A stretch of DNA of 48,562 bases from Candidatus Woesearchaeota archaeon. Its GTDB lineage: Archaea; Nanobdellota; Nanobdellia; Woesearchaeales; WJIZ01. Each line of letters starts with the position of its first letter. Position 1 is the first letter of the stretch. Of this stretch, positions 27,540 to 36,423 are shown piece after piece. The position numbers and the translations under genes are program-made. Location: contig JAAOYF010000016.1 of the NCBI GenBank assembly GCA_018221205.1, positions 1 through 48,562 on the forward strand. Reading direction: 5' to 3'. A model generated the notes under the pieces. That model was not told the origin of the DNA and searched no databases. It was given only the letters and a program-made list of their open reading frames with translations.

Positions 27540-28198
27540 AATACCTATTGATTTTAGGATTAATCGTGCTTGCAGGATGCCAGGCAGTTGTCTGCAATGA
27601 GCCCTATATGCAGATCGGCAGGGAATGCTGTCTAGACGGCAATAACAATGGGTTGTGTGATGCTGATGAAGATCTCGGTGAAGCGCCTACCATCATCATC
27701 AAAGAGCCCAAGATCCTGGAGAAGGAGATTGTCAAGTATGTGTGCGAAAATGGAACTGTCGTCACTAGAATAGAGGCCTGCATCGTCGAGAATACGGAAA
27801 GAGAAGCCGTCATCCCGACGCTGGCAACGGCCAATGAGGAAAATACCTTGATTGAGGAAGTAGCTGTCGAACCTGCCTGCAAAGCAGGCATCAATGGCGG
27901 AGAGATATTCTTCAAAGTGGGTACGGTCCCTTCAGATATCGCCTATGAGATCAGGGAGTTTGATGGGGAGTATGAGGATTATTCCAGTCACGATGGCCTG
28001 TATCAACGCTTCACCTCTTTTGCGATCTGCGACGATTGCACCGGCAAAGATGCCGACTTTAAATTGAATGAGGGCACAGTGTATGTCCTTCGATTGCGAT
28101 TCAACCAGACTGTCTATAACCGGGTCGAGTACAGCAACGAACATCTTATCGACACCAGAGATGAAAGCATCTTCATGAAGAAGAGATGTGTCAATTAA
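27536..28198 (+). CDS. Cys-rich putative lipoprotein (start reassigned to 27536)
   Basis: MKYLLILGLIVLAGC lipobox-like N-terminus; C.EPYMQIG.ECCLD.N.NG.CD; ATGA overlap. Confidence 0.7.
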   Translation: MKYLLILGLIVLAGCQAVVCNEPYMQIGRECCLDGNNNGLCDADEDLGEAPTIIIKEPKILEKEIVKYVCENGTVVTRIEACIVENTEREAVIPTLATANEENTLIEEVAVEPACKAGINGGEIFFKVGTVPSDIAYEIREFDGEYEDYSSHDGLYQRFTSFAICDDCTGKDADFKLNEGTVYVLRLRFNQTVYNRVEYSNEHLIDTRDESIFMKKRCVN

Positions 28199-28229
28199 GT
28201 TTTTATAAAAGCAACCATTACCATGCTGC

Positions 28230-30275
28230 ATGCAGCTGAGGTCTATTGTTTTAGAGAATATACGGAGCTATAGTTCTCAGAGGATCGATTTTTTTCCAGG
28301 CTCATTGCTGTTGGCAGGAGATATCGGTTCTGGAAAATCAACTATCCTTCTTGCTATTGAATTTGCCCTTTTCGGATTGAAAACCGGGGAATTAACAGGG
28401 AGTGCGTTATTGAGGCACGGCTCAAAGAAAGGCTTTGTTGAATTGAGTTTTCATTGTGCAGGTAAAGAAGTCACGATCCGAAGGACATTATCGAGAGGCA
28501 AAGAAAGGATCGGCCAAAGTTCTGGCTCTCTTGTCATCGATAAGGTGAAAGAGGACCTTATGCCGAAGGAGCTGAAAGCCAAGATATTTGAGGTCCTTCA
28601 TTATCCAGAAAGCTTAGTAGCGAAGAGCCAGGATCTTCTCTATCGTTTCACGGTCTATACGCCGCAGGAGCAGATGAAGAGCATCATCTATGAGGACAAG
28701 GATGCCCGTTTAGATACGTTACGGAAAGTGTTTGACATCGACCGTTATAAAAGGATCAGAGAGAATTCTTTGCTCTATAGCAGGGAACTGAAAGGAAGGA
28801 TCAAGCATCTGCAGGGAAAACTGGAGGATTTCGAGCAGAAGAAGAGTCGATTGCAGGATTTCTTACATCAATTAGAAGAAAAGAAGGAAGAAGAGAGCAA
28901 GACTTCAGCATCTTTTAAGGCCGCACAAGAAAAAACTGCACAGGCTAAGAAGGAGCTTGAAGCAGTCGAGGGGAAAAGCAAGGAGATTAATGAAATCAAG
29001 AAGAAACTTGAGGTCCTGGATGCAGAACTGAAAGGAGTTGTGGAGAAACGAGTTTCGAATCAAAAGGAATGTGAGAAACTTTCTACATCGGTTGCACAAG
29101 CACGACAGATCCTCAAAGATTTTAAGGAAGATCCTTCATTGACACAGACTATCCAGGAGAAACAGGCCAAGCTCATTGATGTGGAACAGGCATTATCGAA
29201 TTCAACTGAGAAAAAATCAGAGATCAAAGGAAAAGTAAACCATCTTAAGGAAGACAGCGAAAAGATCAAGAACCTTGATAATTGCCCCCTCTGTCTACAA
29301 CAAGTCCCCCATGATCATAAAAAGGGGATCATCACGAAGGCCAATGATGAGATCAGGATATTGAAAGAATCTTTTGATAGTAATGAGGAACAAGAGAAAA
29401 ACTTCCAGAAACAAAAAGTGATGCTGCAACAGGAGATCCAGACACTTCAGAAAAAGAGTTCTCAACAGGAGCTCAATAAGCTCAAGAAAGAGTCTCTTCT
29501 AAAGGAGGAACAACAGTTGCAAGAACTTAAGAAAGATGATTCTAAGCAAAAGATTGCTGATATCAATACTCGGAAGATTGAATTATCGAAAAAAATTGAT
29601 AAGGATATCGAAAAGAAATATGCTGAAGCCAAGGAGCTGTTCCAAAAAATGCAGGCAGAAGAACGAAAAGTTGAACTGCAGCAGACAACCCTCTCAACAG
29701 AGATTGATGGGATGCAGAAACAACTGGATCTCCTGAAAGCAGAAGTTGTAGAGAAGGAGAGCGATAAAAAGAATCTTGAAAAGACACAGAAACTGAATGA
29801 TTGGCTCTCTTCTACTTTTGTCGGATTAGTGAACTCTATCGAGAAGCATGTCATGCTTTCGGTGTATCATGAGTTCAATGAGCTTTTCAGGAAATGGTTT
29901 GATATGTTGATAGAGGATGAGCAGTTATCTGTCCGATTGGATGATTCTTTCTCTGTCATTGTTGAACAGAACGGGTATGAAGGAGTTATTGACAATCTTT
30001 CTGGCGGAGAGAAGACTTCTGTCGCTCTTGCCTATCGGCTTGCGTTGAATCAGGTCATCAATGATGTTGTCAGCCAGATCCAGACAAAAGATGTCTTGAT
30101 TCTCGATGAACCTACTGAAGGCTTTTCTACAGATCAACTTGACAAAGTGCGAGATGTTCTTGAACAATTGAATATCGCACAGATCATCATCGTGAGCCAT
30201 GAAAATAAGATAGAGAGTTATGTCGATAACGTTATACGGGTGGAGAAGACTGACGGCTTGAGCGCAGTATCGTAA
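28230..30275 (+). CDS. Rad50/SbcC-like SMC ATPase
   Basis: LENIRSY, Walker A GDIGSGKST, coiled coil with CPLC zinc hook, LSGGE signature, LILDEPT Walker B, VSH. Confidence 0.9.
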   Translation: MQLRSIVLENIRSYSSQRIDFFPGSLLLAGDIGSGKSTILLAIEFALFGLKTGELTGSALLRHGSKKGFVELSFHCAGKEVTIRRTLSRGKERIGQSSGSLVIDKVKEDLMPKELKAKIFEVLHYPESLVAKSQDLLYRFTVYTPQEQMKSIIYEDKDARLDTLRKVFDIDRYKRIRENSLLYSRELKGRIKHLQGKLEDFEQKKSRLQDFLHQLEEKKEEESKTSASFKAAQEKTAQAKKELEAVEGKSKEINEIKKKLEVLDAELKGVVEKRVSNQKECEKLSTSVAQARQILKDFKEDPSLTQTIQEKQAKLIDVEQALSNSTEKKSEIKGKVNHLKEDSEKIKNLDNCPLCLQQVPHDHKKGIITKANDEIRILKESFDSNEEQEKNFQKQKVMLQQEIQTLQKKSSQQELNKLKKESLLKEEQQLQELKKDDSKQKIADINTRKIELSKKIDKDIEKKYAEAKELFQKMQAEERKVELQQTTLSTEIDGMQKQLDLLKAEVVEKESDKKNLEKTQKLNDWLSSTFVGLVNSIEKHVMLSVYHEFNELFRKWFDMLIEDEQLSVRLDDSFSVIVEQNGYEGVIDNLSGGEKTSVALAYRLALNQVINDVVSQIQTKDVLILDEPTEGFSTDQLDKVRDVLEQLNIAQIIIVSHENKIESYVDNVIRVEKTDGLSAVS

Positions 30276-30309
30276 GCTTTTTAATTTGGATTCTTGTTCT
30301 TTTTGTTAT

Positions 30310-30457
30310 GGGGCTATAGTGTAGCCTGGTTATCACATTAGCTCGGGGTTCATGGAGAGAGAGCTGCCATATAGTTCTTATCTATGAGATGGACAGCTAG
30401 TAACCCGTGTTCAAAGAGATTTTGCATTAGCAGATCCTGAAAGTCACGGTAGCCCCA
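30310..30457 (+). tRNA. tRNA, probably Pro(GGG), with two introns (anticodon loop ~30349-30394, 46 nt; T-loop 59/60 30416-30443, 28 nt)
   Basis: GGGGCTA/TAGCCCC-A acceptor stem, TTAGC/GCTAG anticodon stem, CCGTG/CACGG T stem; TTCA/TGAA BHB helix. Anticodon assignment is uncertain because this register gives C33. Confidence 0.75.
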
Positions 30458-30536
30458 TTTTTTTATTTCTATACAAATTTCTACACCAGTTGTGATTATC
30501 GCAACATTTATATAGAAGCTTTCTTGGATTTAAGGG

Positions 30537-31982
30537 GTGGAGAGGATGTTTTTTAAAAAGGGTGTATTATCACTGATTATTCTAGCTATTCTTCTTTCCA
30601 GCGTGCATGCTATACGATATACTGCTGAGCTGGAGCCTGTCATTGATAAGATCCCCCTTGAGGGTGCAGCTGAATTCAAGCTGACCATCAATAATATCGA
30701 ACCTGACGAACATATCTATAGGATAAAGATGCAGGATTATCCGAGATGGGATGTCTACACTGATCCTCGTGTGAATCCTATCCTTATCACCTTACCTCCT
30801 TTCACTGAAGATACGCTTACTCTTTTCATCGATCCCAACCAAAACTATATCGGCAAATCCGGCAGTCATTTTGTCAATCTGGAAGTTTTGGTGGAGGGCT
30901 CGACAGAGAAAATCAAATTGCAGCCGAAGATAGGCATCATCTCTGATCTAGGACAGACCGACTATGTCCCTACAGTCATTCTTGATACTAATTTTCCAGA
31001 TGAGATTACACCAAATGAAGCGTTGACGTTTACGATAACGCTGACGAACCAGAACAATCTTAATATCACGAAAGCAAAGCTGAGGATCTCTTCGCAATTG
31101 ATGGATGAGGAAATTACTGTCAGCTTATGGCCGAAAGAGGAGAAGGTCGTCGATGTACGAATCCCTCTGGATTCAAAGAGCAAACCCATAAAAGATATTC
31201 TCACTATCAGCCTGATGTATAAAGACAAGAATGTGTTCACTCCTTTCGTCAAGAGCTATGAAGTCATTCCTTACAGCACACTTACTGATACAAGCGAGAT
31301 GGACCTTGGTTTTCTCAAGAGAGAGGAAATCCTGACTTTTGTCAATGAAGGGAACATCCCTTTCCAGGGCCAGTTCAGGGCGAAGGTCAATTTCCTCAGA
31401 AATCTTTTCAGCTCGACAGATCCAAAGGCAAAGACGATCAAAGAAGACGGGCAGACTTTTTACGTATGGGAGACGACCTTGCAGCCTTATGAAACCAGTT
31501 CAGTCAGGATTGTGGAGAACTATCTTGGCATCACCATCTTTGTCCTTGCTGCGATCCTCATCATCGTACTTGTCGCCCTGAAAAAGAGCCCCATAGCACT
31601 GGAGAAGACTGTCACCTCACCCGAAGTGATCGAGGGAGGACTTTCGAAACTCAAGATCATCGTGAATGTGAAGAACAGATCAAAGCACAAACTTACCCAT
31701 ATAGCGATCATCGATAAGGTTCCAAAGCTGCTGAACATCCAGAGGGAAGCCATTCTCGGAAGCCTGAAACCTTCTAAGATACGGCAGAACCAAAAGCATG
31801 AGACCCTTGTCTTATGGGAGCTGGAGGAATTGGAGGCTGGCGACGAGAGAGTCATCACCTATCATATAAGGAGCAAACTGAAGATTCTCGGTGGATTGAC
31901 CTTACAGAGGGCAATGGCGCATTTCCAGCATAACAATAAGGAATACAAACCGCGCTCGAATATAGTTCAGATCAGAATCTGA
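30537..31982 (+). CDS. Surface/membrane-anchored protein: signal peptide, beta-rich domains, internal TM helix (start possibly 30546)
   Basis: Hydrophobic N-terminus ending VHA; TM segment YLGITIFVLAAILIIVLVAL. Confidence 0.75.
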   Translation: MERMFFKKGVLSLIILAILLSSVHAIRYTAELEPVIDKIPLEGAAEFKLTINNIEPDEHIYRIKMQDYPRWDVYTDPRVNPILITLPPFTEDTLTLFIDPNQNYIGKSGSHFVNLEVLVEGSTEKIKLQPKIGIISDLGQTDYVPTVILDTNFPDEITPNEALTFTITLTNQNNLNITKAKLRISSQLMDEEITVSLWPKEEKVVDVRIPLDSKSKPIKDILTISLMYKDKNVFTPFVKSYEVIPYSTLTDTSEMDLGFLKREEILTFVNEGNIPFQGQFRAKVNFLRNLFSSTDPKAKTIKEDGQTFYVWETTLQPYETSSVRIVENYLGITIFVLAAILIIVLVALKKSPIALEKTVTSPEVIEGGLSKLKIIVNVKNRSKHKLTHIAIIDKVPKLLNIQREAILGSLKPSKIRQNQKHETLVLWELEELEAGDERVITYHIRSKLKILGGLTLQRAMAHFQHNNKEYKPRSNIVQIRI

Positions 31983-32023
31983 GTAACAATCTTTATAAAT
32001 GAAATTCTTATTCTTACGGACAA

Positions 32024-32146
32024 CCCCACCTAGCTCAACGGCTAGAGCGTTCGGCTGTAGAAGTGGTGCGACTTTCAACTGAGTTGTAGGATGACCAACC
32101 ACCAGCCGTGACCGAAAGGTTCCTGGTTCAAATCCGGGGGTGGGGA
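32024..32146 (+). tRNA. tRNA-Tyr(GTA) with canonical 37/38 intron (32061-32110, 50 nt)
   Basis: CCCCACC/GGTGGGG-A acceptor stem (C1-G72), TTCGG/CCGAA stem, CT-GTA-G loop, CCTGG-TTCAAAT-CCGGG T arm. Confidence 0.92.
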
Positions 32147-32152
32147 TTTTTC

Positions 32153-32548
32153 TTAACTGATAGCCAGAGAATTATTTGTCAACGCAAGATAATCAGAGAG
32201 ATCCATGTGGATGAGGCCTTCACAATTTACAGAAGCGTTGATTATGGACTGGGTGAATCCGACAGCGACGATGGTGAAATAGACAAGATAGAGTATCAAT
32301 AGTGCGCCTGCGATCCTCTTGTTCTTTATCCTCTCAAAGATGAACGGGAAGAGCAACGCAATATATAATAGGATCATGTTTAATTGGATAAAGTCGGGCC
32401 ATTTGCAGGTCTTGATATAGACACCTGCCTGAAACACAATCAATAGAAGAGAGGTGACGATGAAAAATTTGTTATCGCGCAGCCATTTGTGCTGCTGCAG
32501 CAATGATTTCACTCGTTTCGGAGATTTCTTAGCAGCTTTCTTTTCCAT
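32153..32548 (-). CDS. Hypothetical membrane protein (about three TM segments)
   Basis: Basic N-terminus and three hydrophobic stretches; GGTGGG SD upstream. Confidence 0.65.
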   Translation of the reverse strand: MEKKAAKKSPKRVKSLLQQHKWLRDNKFFIVTSLLLIVFQAGVYIKTCKWPDFIQLNMILLYIALLFPFIFERIKNKRIAGALLILYLVYFTIVAVGFTQSIINASVNCEGLIHMDLSDYLALTNNSLAIS

Positions 32549-32634
32549 CCACCATCATTTCTCCCCTTTGTATTTAAAGTTTTTGGCAGATTAAAGACAC
32601 AACTTTTTTAATGACTTTCGGGATACTAGCTGTG

Positions 32635-34023
32635 ATGAAATACCGCAAGGAGAAAGATTCTCTAGGAGAACTAAGCGTCCCTAAAAAAGCATATTTCGGG
32701 GTGCATTCTACGCGGTCGTTGCAGAATTTCAAGATAAGCAACTTGCGATGGCATCCTGAACTGATCAAGGCCATTGTCCAATTGAAATTGGCATGCTGCA
32801 GGGCAAACATCGATCTTGGATTGTTAGATGGGAAAAAAGCCAGAGCAATCCAAAAAGCGTCTTATGATATCCTTCGTGGAAAATTCACTGATCAATTTCC
32901 CTTAGATATCTTTCAGGCCGGTTCTGGAACGAGTACGAACATGAATGTCAATGAAGTTTTGGGCAATAGGGCTTCTGAAATTCTCGGAAAGAAAAAAGGG
33001 AGCAAGTTTGTGCATCCGAACGATGATGTCAATAAAGGGCAGTCGACGAATAATGTCATTCCGTCGTCGATAAGAGTTGCGGCGCTTACTCTGTTGCCAG
33101 GATTAGTTGATGAACTTGGGAAGCTGCAGAAGGCATTTCATTCGAAAGCGAATGAATTCGACCCTGTCCTCAAATCTGGCAGGACACATCTGCAGGATGC
33201 GGTCCCGATGACCTTAGGGCAGGAATTCAATGCTTACTCAAGTGCTTTGAAAAAACATATCCAACGATTGCACGACACAAAAAAGTTCATCCGTGTTTTG
33301 GGTATAGGCGGCAATGCAGTGGGCACAGGTCTGAATACCTCGCCTAGATTCAGGGGATTGATCATCAAGCATCTGAAGAAAGAAATGAAGCTTGGATTTC
33401 AAGTCAGCAAAAATGGTATTGAAAGCACACAATTCCTAACTGATATGGCTTCTTTGTCGAGCATCCTTAAGAATACTGCTCTTGATATCAATAAAATTGC
33501 GAATGACCTCAGGCTGCTCTCTTCAGGACCGAAGACAGGATTGAATGAAATCATCCTGCCAGCGGTCGAACCCGGAAGCTCGATCATGCCTGGAAAGATA
33601 AACCCAAGCATCTGTGAAGCTGTCAATATGGCATGCTATCAGATCATAGGCAATGATCAGACCATCAGCCTTTCTTGTGCAGCCGGGAATCTTGATCTGA
33701 ACACCCATATGCCTGTCATCGGGCATAACCTCATCGAATCGATGAAGATCTTAAGGAACAGCGCAAAAACATTTGCAGAGAAATGCGTACAAGGAATCAA
33801 GGCCAACAAAGAGCAATGCCAATGGTATGTCGAGAATTCGATGGCATTGGCGACTGCGTTGAATCCTTATCTTGGTTATGATACTGCCGCCGCCCTAGTG
33901 AAAGAATCATTGAAGTCTCAAAAAACGATCAAACAACTTGTTCTCGAGAAAGGCCTTATGAAGAAAGATGAATTGGATAAGGTATTGGATCCGAAGAAGC
34001 TTACCAAACCAAATCTAAAATAA
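32635..34023 (+). CDS. Class II fumarate hydratase / aspartate ammonia-lyase family protein (start reassigned to 32635)
   Basis: R.EKDSLGE, GSGTSTNMN.NEV, HPNDDVN..QSTN, KSGRTHLQDA.P.TLGQEF, GSSIMPGKINP. Confidence 0.92.
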   Translation: MKYRKEKDSLGELSVPKKAYFGVHSTRSLQNFKISNLRWHPELIKAIVQLKLACCRANIDLGLLDGKKARAIQKASYDILRGKFTDQFPLDIFQAGSGTSTNMNVNEVLGNRASEILGKKKGSKFVHPNDDVNKGQSTNNVIPSSIRVAALTLLPGLVDELGKLQKAFHSKANEFDPVLKSGRTHLQDAVPMTLGQEFNAYSSALKKHIQRLHDTKKFIRVLGIGGNAVGTGLNTSPRFRGLIIKHLKKEMKLGFQVSKNGIESTQFLTDMASLSSILKNTALDINKIANDLRLLSSGPKTGLNEIILPAVEPGSSIMPGKINPSICEAVNMACYQIIGNDQTISLSCAAGNLDLNTHMPVIGHNLIESMKILRNSAKTFAEKCVQGIKANKEQCQWYVENSMALATALNPYLGYDTAAALVKESLKSQKTIKQLVLEKGLMKKDELDKVLDPKKLTKPNLK

Positions 34024-34044
34024 TATATATACTGCTGCATCACC

Positions 34045-34311
34045 TTGTCCATGAAAGTCAGCAGTGCACTGCTCCTGTTCTTTATCTCGTTATTTATTAT
34101 TGTTATGGGCAGCATCCTGACTGTTTCGATCATCTATCTGTTCTTCGGCATACCATTATTGGTCATCGGAGTATTGCTTCTTCTTCTTAGTGTCTTTTCT
34201 TTCTTTACGGGAACTTTAGGCGGATTATTCTCTTTATTCAGCCGAAAAAAGAAGAAAAAGGGCAGGATTGTCGATTTAAAAGAGAAAAACGGTGTTTTTC
34301 AGGCTAAATGA
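34045..34311 (+). CDS. Small hypothetical membrane protein
   Basis: Two hydrophobic segments followed by a Lys-rich tail. Confidence 0.6.
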   Translation: MSMKVSSALLLFFISLFIIVMGSILTVSIIYLFFGIPLLVIGVLLLLLSVFSFFTGTLGGLFSLFSRKKKKKGRIVDLKEKNGVFQAK

Positions 34312-34429
34312 CCCTGATTTATACTGAAAAAACCGAAAGCTTTAAGAATAGGTTAGAAACTACTTGGTGAGATGGTCAGTAACTTTTCTTATAGTTAGTC
34401 TTATATCATCTAGCTATAGGAATACACAT

Positions 34430-34557
34430 GCCCTGGTAGTGTAGTGGCCTATCATGGAGCCCTGTCGAGCGTCCTCGTGGGGAAGCGCAAAAAGGCTCCG
34501 ACCCGGGTTCAATATGGCTTTAACTTTGGTAGAGTCTTGAAAGTCCCGGCCGGGGCG
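34430..34557 (+). tRNA. tRNA-Asp(GTC) with two introns (37/38 34468-34492, 25 nt; T-loop 59/60 34514-34543, 30 nt)
   Basis: GCCCTGG/CCGGGGC-G acceptor stem, GAGCC/GGCTC stem, CT-GTC-G loop, CCGGG/CCCGG T stem, TTCA/TGAA BHB helix. Confidence 0.9.
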
Positions 34558-34564
34558 TTTATTT

Positions 34565-34688
34565 GGGCCGGTAGCTCAGCCTGGCTAGAGCACTTGACTT
34601 TTATTGGAGGCGAAGCATCCAATCCATTGGAAGAACTTCGTTTTCCAAAGTAATCAAGGGGTCGCGAGTTCGAATCTCGTCCGGCCCA
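34565..34688 (+). tRNA. tRNA-Lys(TTT) with canonical 37/38 intron (34604-34652, 49 nt)
   Basis: GGGCCGG/CCGGCCC-A acceptor stem, CTTGA/TCAAG stem, CT-TTT-A loop, CTTT/AAAG BHB helix, GCGAG-TTCGAAT-CTCGT T arm. Confidence 0.92.
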
Positions 34689-34697
34689 TTAGCAACA

Positions 34698-34943
34698 ATG
34701 GCAAAACAAGCATTCGATATAAGGAAGCATAATTTAGTACCTAAGCATGCTAAAGTGAGCGATAGAGAAAAGAAGACCCTTCTGGAAAAATATAATATCT
34801 CTGTCTATGACTTGCCATTGATCAGGAAGAATGATCCTGGGTTAGTGGGTGTTGATGTCAAACCAGGTGATATAGTGAAGATCATAAGACAAAGCCCGAC
34901 CGCAGGAGAGGCTGTCTATTATAGGTGCGTCATCAATGTCTAG
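34698..34943 (+). CDS. rpoH: DNA-directed RNA polymerase subunit Rpo5 (H)
   Basis: HNLVPKH...LPLI...DP...GDIVKIIR.S.TAGE..YYRCV; heads the RNAP operon. Confidence 0.95.
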   Translation: MAKQAFDIRKHNLVPKHAKVSDREKKTLLEKYNISVYDLPLIRKNDPGLVGVDVKPGDIVKIIRQSPTAGEAVYYRCVINV

Positions 34944-36423
34944 AAGCAAAATACTCATGGAGAAATATTTCAAGCAACAGAGCTTCATCGATTCTGATAT
35001 AGGGTCTTTCAATAATCTAGTCGAGAAGGAGATCAGTGGCATCATCAACGAGAACAAGGATATCGAGCCTACGATCATCCCTCAAAACATCGACAGCTTC
35101 AAGATCCGGTTTGATCGAATCTGGGTCACCAAACCAGAGATCACTGAAGCAGACGGCTCAAAACGAAATATCTACCCTGCTGAGGCGAGGCTGAGAAAGA
35201 TAACCTATTCTGCCCCGATCTTCGTCGAGGTCAGTGCACATATCAACGATGTGCAGCGGGAGTCCTTGACTACACAGATCGGAAATCTTCCTATCATGCT
35301 CAAGAGCAATAACTGCCACCTGTCTAAATTGAGCAGGGAGGAGTTGATTTCAAAAGGAGAAGATCCTGAAGATCCGGGAGGCTATTTCATCATCAACGGC
35401 ACAGAGAAAGTTCTGGTGCATATTGAGGATCTTGCCCCTAACCGTGTTTTGGTAGAGAAAGATACTACCAGTCCGAATAAATTCACCGGAAAGATATTCT
35501 CAGAGAGGGGAAGTTTCAAGATTCCCCATACACTGAAGAAGATGAATGACGGCATATTCTATCTCTCTTTCACCAGGGTGAAGAAAATCCCTATCATCAT
35601 GGTCATCAAGGCTTTGGGCCTTCTTAAAGATGAAGATATCATGAAGTTCATCAGCTCTGACAAGACCGCCGATGAAGTCGTCATCAACCTCTATGAGTTC
35701 GTGACCGTGAAAGCAGAAGAAGAGGCGATCGATTACATCGCAAGAAAGATCGGCATCACACAGACAAAAGAGATCAGAATAGAACGTATGAGTGAGATCC
35801 TTGACAAATATCTGCTGCCACATCTTGGCACCGAGAAGAAGGACAGGATCTACAAGGCATATAATCTCTGTAAATTCCTGAAGAAATATATCCTCGTCAG
35901 CAACAAAGAGCTGCCCCTTGATGATAAAGATCATTATATGAACAAGAAACTGAAATTGTCGGGAGATCTGCTCTCTGATCTCTTGAGGGTCAATTTTAAG
36001 GTCCTTATCGGAGATCTTCTCTATAATTTCCAGAGGATCGTGAAGAGGGGAAAATTCCCTTCTATCAAGGCCATCATCAGGGAGAAACTCCTTACACAAA
36101 GAATAGATTCTGCTATGGCTACCGGTAACTGGGTCGGAGGCAGGAAAGGAATCTCACAGAGAATCCAACGATTGAATTTCTTGGAGACCTTGTCGCATCT
36201 GCAACGAGTCGTCTCCCCTCTCAGTGCGTCGCAGGAAAATTTCGAAGCAAGGGCATTACATTCAACACATCTAGGAAGACTATGCCCTATCGAGACTCCT
36301 GAAGGTACAAATATCGGCCTGCGAAAGAACCTTTCCCTATTGACTTCTATCTCAGGAAACAGCTCTGAAGAGGAAGTGATGAAAAGCCTGAGCAATCTCG
36401 GCATGAAGACGGTGAAACTATGA
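34936..36423 (+). CDS. rpoB2: RNA polymerase subunit Rpo2N (B'')
   Basis: P.EARLR.ITYSAP, DPGGYFIING.EKV, GRLCPIETPEG.NIGL.KNL. Confidence 0.95.
   Translation: MSRSKILMEKYFKQQSFIDSDIGSFNNLVEKEISGIINENKDIEPTIIPQNIDSFKIRFDRIWVTKPEITEADGSKRNIYPAEARLRKITYSAPIFVEVSAHINDVQRESLTTQIGNLPIMLKSNNCHLSKLSREELISKGEDPEDPGGYFIINGTEKVLVHIEDLAPNRVLVEKDTTSPNKFTGKIFSERGSFKIPHTLKKMNDGIFYLSFTRVKKIPIIMVIKALGLLKDEDIMKFISSDKTADEVVINLYEFVTVKAEEEAIDYIARKIGITQTKEIRIERMSEILDKYLLPHLGTEKKDRIYKAYNLCKFLKKYILVSNKELPLDDKDHYMNKKLKLSGDLLSDLLRVNFKVLIGDLLYNFQRIVKRGKFPSIKAIIREKLLTQRIDSAMATGNWVGGRKGISQRIQRLNFLETLSHLQRVVSPLSASQENFEARALHSTHLGRLCPIETPEGTNIGLRKNLSLLTSISGNSSEEEVMKSLSNLGMKTVKL

Noticed and set aside
24431..30310. Integrated element between tRNA genes
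   Set aside because: No integrase, no duplicated tRNA 3' end, and the cargo is housekeeping genes
31902..32302. Short ORFs overlapping tRNA-Tyr (also 34444-34653 over tRNA-Asp/Lys)
   Set aside because: Explained by the tRNA genes; no coding signals
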